Shown: positions 58,611 to 64,000 of the stretch, piece after piece
Numbering within the stretch: the stretch's first letter is position 1
Layout of the letters: every line of letters starts with the position of its first letter
Assembly: GCA_963721845.1 (NCBI GenBank)
Contig: CAVRKW010000009.1
Location: 232,458 to 296,457 of the forward strand
From: an uncultured Acidobacteriota bacterium
GTDB lineage: Bacteria; Acidobacteriota; Terriglobia; Acidiferrales; UBA7541
Direction of reading: 5' to 3'
Length of the DNA stretch: 64,000 nucleotides
Translations under genes and position numbers: made by a program
Notes under the pieces: model-generated
Told to the model about the DNA's origin: nothing
The model's database searches: none
What the model saw: the letters and a program-made list of their open reading frames with translations, nothing else

Positions 58611-59138
58611 ATGCCACCTCGTTCGTCGCAAACGCTTCCCGGATTGAGCGTATTGGAACAAACGCCAATCATTATAGAAAAAATTCTGATTGATGTGCCG
58701 GAATCCACGCTGACGTGGAAACCCAGCAGCGAGCGGTGGTCGATTGCGGAAGTGCTGGCGCATCTTTCCGAGAGCGAAGGAATTTTTCGCGAGCGCACTC
58801 GGAAGATCGCGTCGGAAGATTCGCCGAAGATCGAATCGTTCGATCAGAACGCGTCGTATGCGGCCGGAAATTATTCAGGTGGGGGCGGGCGCGAACGGCT
58901 GAAAGTATTTTGCCACGAGCGCGATCGTTCGCTATCCATGCTGCGCTATCTGCCGGAAGGCGCGCTGGGGCGTACCGGGCAGCATTCGGAAGTGGGGCGA
59001 ATCACCTTGAGCGATTTATTTAATGCATGGACGTTTCACGATTTGGGCCACATCAAGCAGATTACGGAGCTGTATCGCACAAGTACGTTTTATCCGCGGA
59101 TGGGCGGTTTTAAAACTTATTACACGGTGAAGCCGTAG
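58611..59138 (+). CDS. DinB-family protein
   Basis: WKPSSERWSIAEVLAHLSESE...TFHDLGHIKQI. Confidence 0.7.
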   Translation: MPPRSSQTLPGLSVLEQTPIIIEKILIDVPESTLTWKPSSERWSIAEVLAHLSESEGIFRERTRKIASEDSPKIESFDQNASYAAGNYSGGGGRERLKVFCHERDRSLSMLRYLPEGALGRTGQHSEVGRITLSDLFNAWTFHDLGHIKQITELYRTSTFYPRMGGFKTYYTVKP

Positions 59139-59179
59139 GCGTGTTCACTGGTTCTGCGTGAATTGAAAATCAAATTGCA

Positions 59180-59638
59180 ATGAACAGGCTGGCTGAAGAA
59201 ATTCTGCGATTCCTGGAAACGTCGAAGCAGGAGCGGGTCGACGCGGGGACGCTCGCGGCGCAGGTGCGCGCGCACGCGGTTGCAGACGAGCAGCCCGCCG
59301 CGGAAATGCGTCGATTGGCAGCGCAAGGGCTTTTGCGGGAGCACGATGGTAGATTTTCGATCACCGAGGATGGGCGGCTTGTGCTGCGCGGTCCTCGTGA
59401 ATTGACACTGTACACGCGGCCGGGCTGCCATTTATGCGATGAAGCGAAAGCAAAGATTGCGCCGCTACTGCGTACGCATCGCGCGTCACTTCGCGAAGTA
59501 AATATCGATGAAGATTCTGTTTTGCGGGCGCGATACAACGAGGAAGTGCCGGTGCTGTTTCTCGGCGCGCGCAAAGTTGCAAAATTTCACGTGGATGCGG
59601 AACAGCTCGAGCGGCAGCTGGCGGCGGCCGGGAAATAG
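59180..59638 (+). CDS. glutaredoxin-like (DUF836) protein with N-terminal winged-helix-like region
   Basis: LTLYTRPGCHLCDEAK...NEEVPVLFLG. Confidence 0.7.
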   Translation: MNRLAEEILRFLETSKQERVDAGTLAAQVRAHAVADEQPAAEMRRLAAQGLLREHDGRFSITEDGRLVLRGPRELTLYTRPGCHLCDEAKAKIAPLLRTHRASLREVNIDEDSVLRARYNEEVPVLFLGARKVAKFHVDAEQLERQLAAAGK

Positions 59639-59658
59639 CGGCTTGGTGCGTCGGAAAA

Positions 59659-60102
59659 TTACGCTTCGGTGGTGACGCGGGTCTTGACGGATTTGTCGGG
59701 CACGTCGCCGGTGCGGCCCTTCACGCGATCGTAGGTGGTAACGCGGCAGGTTGAGCCGAGAGCTTCGTTGTAATACGTGGGAACTCCCAGCGCCGTGCGC
59801 AATTCCTCGTTGAATTTCCTCAGATTGGCCAGGTGATCCGCGAGTGCCGGAATTTTTCGGCCGTCATCGAAGAGCAGAAATTTCTGGTAGCCCGCGTCCC
59901 ACAGGCGCGTGAATTGGTCGTTTACCAGGACGGACGGCAGAATGGTCATCTGATATTTGCCGTCGGGCGCCTGGCGAAATTCGGAGGCGCAGCCGTATTT
60001 CTGGACGCGCGCGACGCCGCGAGTGCTGCCCACGGTGAAGCCGAGCGTGTGCAGCTTCTCCATGATGAGCGAAGATTCGAAGCGCTGTTTGACGTCCCAC
60101 AT
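59659..60102 (-). CDS. hypothetical protein
   Basis: 147-aa ORF with compact spacing. No family recognised. Confidence 0.5.
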   Translation of the reverse strand: MWDVKQRFESSLIMEKLHTLGFTVGSTRGVARVQKYGCASEFRQAPDGKYQMTILPSVLVNDQFTRLWDAGYQKFLLFDDGRKIPALADHLANLRKFNEELRTALGVPTYYNEALGSTCRVTTYDRVKGRTGDVPDKSVKTRVTTEA

Positions 60103-60246
60103 GAAACATCAGAGTAACAAATGGCGAGTATGGATGAAAGCGGCGATGCATGAAATCGCGCGAATATAGCGGCGTAAATTGCATACCCCGTAGGGAGGGG
60201 AAGCATCGAATCTTATTGAGATACAGCGCATCTGATACGGGCAGCG

Positions 60247-60315
60247 GCAGCAGGTGTGTGGTGAAGGGACCCGATGGCAGCAGGTGTGTGGTGAAGGGAC
60301 CCGATGGCAGCAGGA
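60247..60315 (+). repeat. 30-bp tandem repeat (2.3 units)
   Basis: ggcagcaggtgtgtggtgaagggacccgat is repeated exactly at 60247-60276 and 60277-60306, then partially (ggcagcagg). The cysM ATG (60304) lies inside the repeat. Confidence 0.95.
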
Positions 60316-61266
60316 CGTTTAATACTGGAAGATTTCGCGGCGACCCGGGTATTTGGGTCTGAGACGCTGCGCGACCGCGTGGGAAATACTCCGCTGGTGC
60401 GGATGGAGCGGATCGGACGCGAATTTGAGAATGCGGAATTTTACGCAAAGCTGGAGTGGTTCAATCCCGGCGGCTCGGTGAAAGATCGCGCGGCGCTGAA
60501 CATGATTCGCGAAGGCGAACGAGCGGGCGCGTTACGCGCAGGCAAGACAATTCTGGATGCGACCAGCGGAAACACCGGAATTGCATTCGCCATGTTCGGC
60601 GCGGAGCTTGGATATCCGGTGAAATTGTGCGTGCCGGCAAGCGCTTCGACTGAGCGGATAAAAATTCTGGAAGCTTATGGCGCGGAGCTGGTGATGACTC
60701 CGGCGGACGAAGGCAGTGACGGTGCGATTCGCCGCGCGCGAGAATTGTTTGCCGCCGAGCCTGCTCGATATTTCTATGCGGATCAGTACAGCAATGACGC
60801 GAACTGGCGCGCGCATTACGAGGCCACAGGTCCTGAAATTTGGGAGCAGACGCGCGGGCGCGTCACTCACTTCTGCGCGGGATTGGGAACTGCGGGGACA
60901 TTTACGGGAGTTACGCGGCGGCTGAAAGAGTTCAGTCCGCGCGTGCGGTGCATCAGCTTGCAGCCGGATTCAGGATTTCATGGGCTTGAAGGTTGGAAGC
61001 ACATGGCAACAGCGATTGTGCCGCGGATCTACGATCCGCAACTTGCCGACGAAAATCTTGCCGTGCGAACCGAGGATGCTTATCGAATGGCGAAGCGGCT
61101 GGCGCGCGAAGAAGGATTGCTCGCGAGTCCAAGTTCCGCGGCGGCAATGTGTGGCGCGCTTGCGGTGGCGGAAAGTTTGCCACGCGATGCGAAAGCAGTG
61201 ATCGTCACAATTTTTCCGGATTCGGGCGAAAAATATTTAAGCGAACGGTTTTGGAGCGAATCCTAA
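60304..61266 (+). CDS. cysM: PLP-dependent cysteine synthase, CysM-like (sulfur-carrier-protein dependent type)
   Basis: NPGGSVKDRAA (PLP Lys), TSGNTGIA. Followed by genes for a JAMM protease, a MoaD-like carrier and MoeZ. Confidence 0.88.
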   Translation: MAAGRLILEDFAATRVFGSETLRDRVGNTPLVRMERIGREFENAEFYAKLEWFNPGGSVKDRAALNMIREGERAGALRAGKTILDATSGNTGIAFAMFGAELGYPVKLCVPASASTERIKILEAYGAELVMTPADEGSDGAIRRARELFAAEPARYFYADQYSNDANWRAHYEATGPEIWEQTRGRVTHFCAGLGTAGTFTGVTRRLKEFSPRVRCISLQPDSGFHGLEGWKHMATAIVPRIYDPQLADENLAVRTEDAYRMAKRLAREEGLLASPSSAAAMCGALAVAESLPRDAKAVIVTIFPDSGEKYLSERFWSES

Positions 61267-61719
61267 GTGCCAACGCCATCTCCGATTCTGCAATTGCACG
61301 AAGGCCTGACGGCGCGGATTCGTGCACACGGACAGGAAACGTATCCGCACGAATGCTGCGGGGCGCTGTTGGGAAAAGATGGCGATGATGATTCGCGCGC
61401 GGTGCAGGATTTGTATCCGCTGATCAACCGTCGCGACGATTCGCCGCGAAATCGCTTTTCGATTACCGGCGAAGATTTTCGCGAGGCTGAGCGCGCCGCT
61501 AAGAGTGCGGGGCTCGAGGTAGTGGGCTGGTATCATTCGCATCCCGACCATCCCGCGCTGCCCAGCGAGTACGACCGCGAGCACGCGTGGCCGTGGTACA
61601 GCTACGTGATCGTGAGCGTGGCGAATGGCGAGGCCAAGACGATGGCGTCCTGGCGGCTGAGTGATGATCGGATGAGATTCGGTCCGGAGAAAATTGTGGA
61701 TACGGTTTCTGCGGCGTAG
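61267..61719 (+). CDS. Mov34/MPN/JAMM metalloprotease (Mec-like)
   Basis: E...HSHPDHPALPSEYD JAMM motif. GTG start immediately after the cysM stop. Confidence 0.88.
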   Translation: MPTPSPILQLHEGLTARIRAHGQETYPHECCGALLGKDGDDDSRAVQDLYPLINRRDDSPRNRFSITGEDFREAERAAKSAGLEVVGWYHSHPDHPALPSEYDREHAWPWYSYVIVSVANGEAKTMASWRLSDDRMRFGPEKIVDTVSAA

Positions 61720-61783
61720 AACGCGGCGGCTAGCTGGCTGGCTGAGATTTCTGGAAGCAGAATTGAATCGGAGGCGATAACGC

Positions 61784-62065
61784 ATGGCAGTGAAAGTAAT
61801 GATCCCGACTCCGCTGCGTCTCTACGCGGGCAAGAGCGACACCGTAGATGTGGACGCGAGAACTGTTGGCGAAGCGCTGGGCGGGCTCACATCAAAATTC
61901 GGCGAACTGAAAAAACATCTCTACACGGATGAAGGAAAAATCCGCAGCTTCGTCAACGTGTATCTCAACGACGAAGACATTCGCTATTTGCAGAAGGAAA
62001 AAACGCCAACGAAGGATGGCGATACGATCAGCATCGTTCCGTCAATCGCCGGGGGACGGAGTTAA
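61784..62065 (+). CDS. MoaD/ThiS-family sulfur carrier protein (CysO-like) ending ...AGG-RS
   Basis: 93-aa beta-grasp pattern. DGDTISIVPSIAGGRS has a di-Gly followed by two extra residues. Confidence 0.85.
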   Translation: MAVKVMIPTPLRLYAGKSDTVDVDARTVGEALGGLTSKFGELKKHLYTDEGKIRSFVNVYLNDEDIRYLQKEKTPTKDGDTISIVPSIAGGRS

Positions 62066-62154
62066 CCCTCGCAGCATCAGGCGATTACGTATTTCAAATT
62101 CGGCGCATTCCCATTTTGGGAATTGGTTTGGCGCAATTTGTAACTTTTGGAGCG

Positions 62155-62180
62155 CAAATTGTTTCACGTGAAACAATTTG
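62155..62180. promoter_or_regulatory. 26-bp perfect palindrome (caaattgtttcac|gtgaaacaatttg) flanked by extra caatttg copies
   Basis: Read directly in the cysO-moeZ intergenic region. Additional caatttg copies lie at about 62134 and 62185. Confidence 0.6.
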
Positions 62181-62248
62181 GGAGCAATTTGGATGTGCGG
62201 TTGCCGTTTCAAGGGTAATCGCAGTTTGAATCTTAGGAGAAGCGCAGT

Positions 62249-63421
62249 ATGGCTACACAAACAGAAGTAGCGCCCGGACCACATCTGTCGCGCGAAGAAA
62301 TTCTGCGCTACAGCAGGCACCTGATCATGCCCGAGGTAGGAATGGACGGGCAGCTGAAGCTGAAGCAGGCGCGCGTACTAATGATCGGCGCCGGTGGATT
62401 GGGCGCGCCGCTGGGGCTGTATCTCGCGGCCGCCGGAATCGGGCATCTGGGAATTGTTGATTTCGATGTGGTGGACTTCACAAATTTGCAGAGACAAGTG
62501 ACGTTCACAACTGCCGACGTGGGAAAGACAAAACTCGAGGCGACGAAATCGCGGCTCTCGGGATTGAATCCCATGATCGACATCACGACCTACGAGACGC
62601 GGCTCAACAGTTCGAATGCGCTCGAACTTTTTCGCGATTACGATTTGGTGGTAGATGGCACAGATAATTTCCCCACTCGCTATCTGGTGAACGATGCGTG
62701 CGTACTGCTCGGCAAACGAAATGTATACGGCTCGATCTTCCGTTTTGAAGGCCAAGTAAGTGTTTTCGGCGCGCCCGATGGGCCTTGTTACCGCTGCTTG
62801 TATCCCGAACCGCCTCCGCCGGGACTGGTGCCATCGTGCGCAGAAGGCGGAGTTCTGGGAGTACTTCCAGGAATTGTTGGCGCGATTCAAGCAGTAGAAG
62901 CGATCAAGCTGGTTCTTGGCGCGGGCGATTCGCTGGTGGGAAGGTTGCTGCTTTTTGACGCGCTGGCAATGCGTTTTCGCGAATTGAAATTGAAGAAGAA
63001 TCCAGATTGCCCGCTGTGCGGCACGAATCGCACGATTACAAAGCTGATCGACTACGAAGAATTCTGCGGAATTCGCGGAGAAGAAGCGCCAGTGGAAAAT
63101 TTGCAGATTCCGGAAATCACGCCGCGAGAATTGAAGCAGCGCCAGGAACGCGGCGACGATTTGTTTGTTCTCGACGTGCGCGAGCCGCACGAATATCAAA
63201 TCTGCAATCTCAATGGCTACTTGATTCCGCTCGGCGATTTGCCGAAACGCGTGAGCGAACTGGATAGTTCGCGCGAAATAGTGGCGCATTGCAGAAGCGG
63301 CAAGCGCTCCGCCGATGCTGTGGATTTTCTGCGCAAGGCGGGATTCCGCAAGATCTGGAATCTAAAAGGCGGGATACTGGCGTGGTCCGATGAAGTCGAT
63401 CCGTCGGTGCCAAAATATTAA
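62249..63421 (+). CDS. MoeB/ThiF-type adenylyltransferase with C-terminal rhodanese domain (MoeZ-like)
   Basis: GAGGLGAP nucleotide loop, CxxC pairs (CYRC, CPLC), and a rhodanese active-site loop CRSGKRS. Confidence 0.92.
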   Translation: MATQTEVAPGPHLSREEILRYSRHLIMPEVGMDGQLKLKQARVLMIGAGGLGAPLGLYLAAAGIGHLGIVDFDVVDFTNLQRQVTFTTADVGKTKLEATKSRLSGLNPMIDITTYETRLNSSNALELFRDYDLVVDGTDNFPTRYLVNDACVLLGKRNVYGSIFRFEGQVSVFGAPDGPCYRCLYPEPPPPGLVPSCAEGGVLGVLPGIVGAIQAVEAIKLVLGAGDSLVGRLLLFDALAMRFRELKLKKNPDCPLCGTNRTITKLIDYEEFCGIRGEEAPVENLQIPEITPRELKQRQERGDDLFVLDVREPHEYQICNLNGYLIPLGDLPKRVSELDSSREIVAHCRSGKRSADAVDFLRKAGFRKIWNLKGGILAWSDEVDPSVPKY

Positions 63422-63471
63422 GCGTGTTTCATTGAGGTTCATTCGTTCCGAATAAATACACTGGAGGCTTA

Positions 63472-63739
63472 ATGCCGGTAAAGGTGATCGTTCGAGATAA
63501 TGGCCCGATTCGAATCGAAGGCGAAGTAGAAGTGTTCGACGCGCAAGGGCAATAAATTTGATCTGCGGGGCAGGACCATCCTTTCGCTGTGCCGTTGTGG
63601 TCATTCCGCGGACAAGCCGTTCTGCGATACCGCCCATAAAACATGCTCGTTCGAAAGTGTGGTAGTTGCGCGACAACTTCCCGAGCCCAAGCAGCCCGCG
63701 GCACCGATGAATCCGACGACAATTTTGCCAAAACTGTAA
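63472..63739 (+). pseudogene. CDGSH iron-sulfur domain protein, with a +1 frameshift near 63547
   Basis: GGAGG RBS. Frame 1 gives MPVKVIVRDNGPIRIEGEVEVFDAQG, then a stop. The next frame gives NKFDLRGRTILSLCRCGHSADKPFCDTAHK (CDGSH-type motif). The junction caaGGGcaa suggests an extra G. Confidence 0.8.
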
Positions 63740-64000
63740 AGGTGTAGTGGACGAATTGCGGATTTGTGCCGAAATGAGAGTGCTCTATACATAACGGTCA
63801 ACCGTTTCTTATTTAGCTAACCCCTTGCGAATGTGATGGTTTCACCGTAGGCAGCGCCTCGGCCATTCGGTCACAGTTTTACCCCTTCCACTACAGGCGC
63901 CTCAATATGGGAATAAAGAGGCTCGTGAGCCACTCACTTAGACCCTTAGTTTGTTGAACTTAGGCCCAGGATGGGAAGCCTTCCGTTCGGCATCGCAGTT
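63740..64000. other. stop-rich non-coding sequence running to the window end (unidentified; possible structured RNA or element end)
   Basis: Stop codons are frequent in all six frames, and GC is lower than in the neighbouring genes. Local hairpins are present (e.g. gtgag-cca-ctcac). No match to tRNA, tmRNA or RNase P signatures that I can recall. Confidence 0.3.

Noticed and set aside
60460-60490. A tRNA-like T-arm (ggttcaatcccgg) and other GTTCGAATC-like strings at about 63505.
   Set aside because: Both lie inside well-supported coding frames (cysM WFNPGG and the CDGSH gene) and have no surrounding cloverleaf.

Overview
High-GC bacterial chromosomal segment. Gene content and the dispersed short-repeat families suggest Acidobacteriota, but that is inference only. 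I can support about 60 protein-coding genes and found no tRNA, rRNA, CRISPR array or recognisable transposase. The backbone is housekeeping: infB-DUF503-rbfA-truB, ddl, arginase, asnS, ggt, metH, ppiB, mscL, trxB, a GH57 glucan enzyme and proline dehydrogenase. Functional modules: (1) an FTR1 permease fused to DUF2318, followed by two FtsX permeases, an ABC ATPase and DUF971; this is the Campylobacter Cj1658-1663 type iron module without P19. (2) A type III PKS with an ICMT-family methyltransferase, divergent from an ACP and a KAS-II. (3) A CysM / JAMM protease / CysO / MoeZ sulfur-carrier cysteine pathway followed by a CDGSH protein. (4) An ABC-ABC2-GntR-DUF1648 operon. (5) An AbrB/RelE-ParE toxin-antitoxin pair. 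Items worth a second look: an orphan ~975-aa secretin whose secretin domain is interrupted by seven FG-GAP repeats; a lower-GC island (about 5.7-7.8 kb) encoding a protein built from ~15-aa C-x-[VL]-T-G-K type repeats; a 1.4-kb array of structured REP-like hairpin modules; a three-copy AT-rich element that always lies 5' of, and co-oriented with, a gene; a consensus sigma70-like promoter with a ~440-nt untranslated leader; and a 26-bp perfect palindrome upstream of moeZ. At least seven single-nucleotide frameshifts break otherwise intact genes, including trxB twice. Six of the seven are +1, and several sit in short homopolymer runs, which points to assembly indel errors or else unusual pseudogenisation. 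All calls come from reading the sequence and ORF translations by eye; no searches were run.
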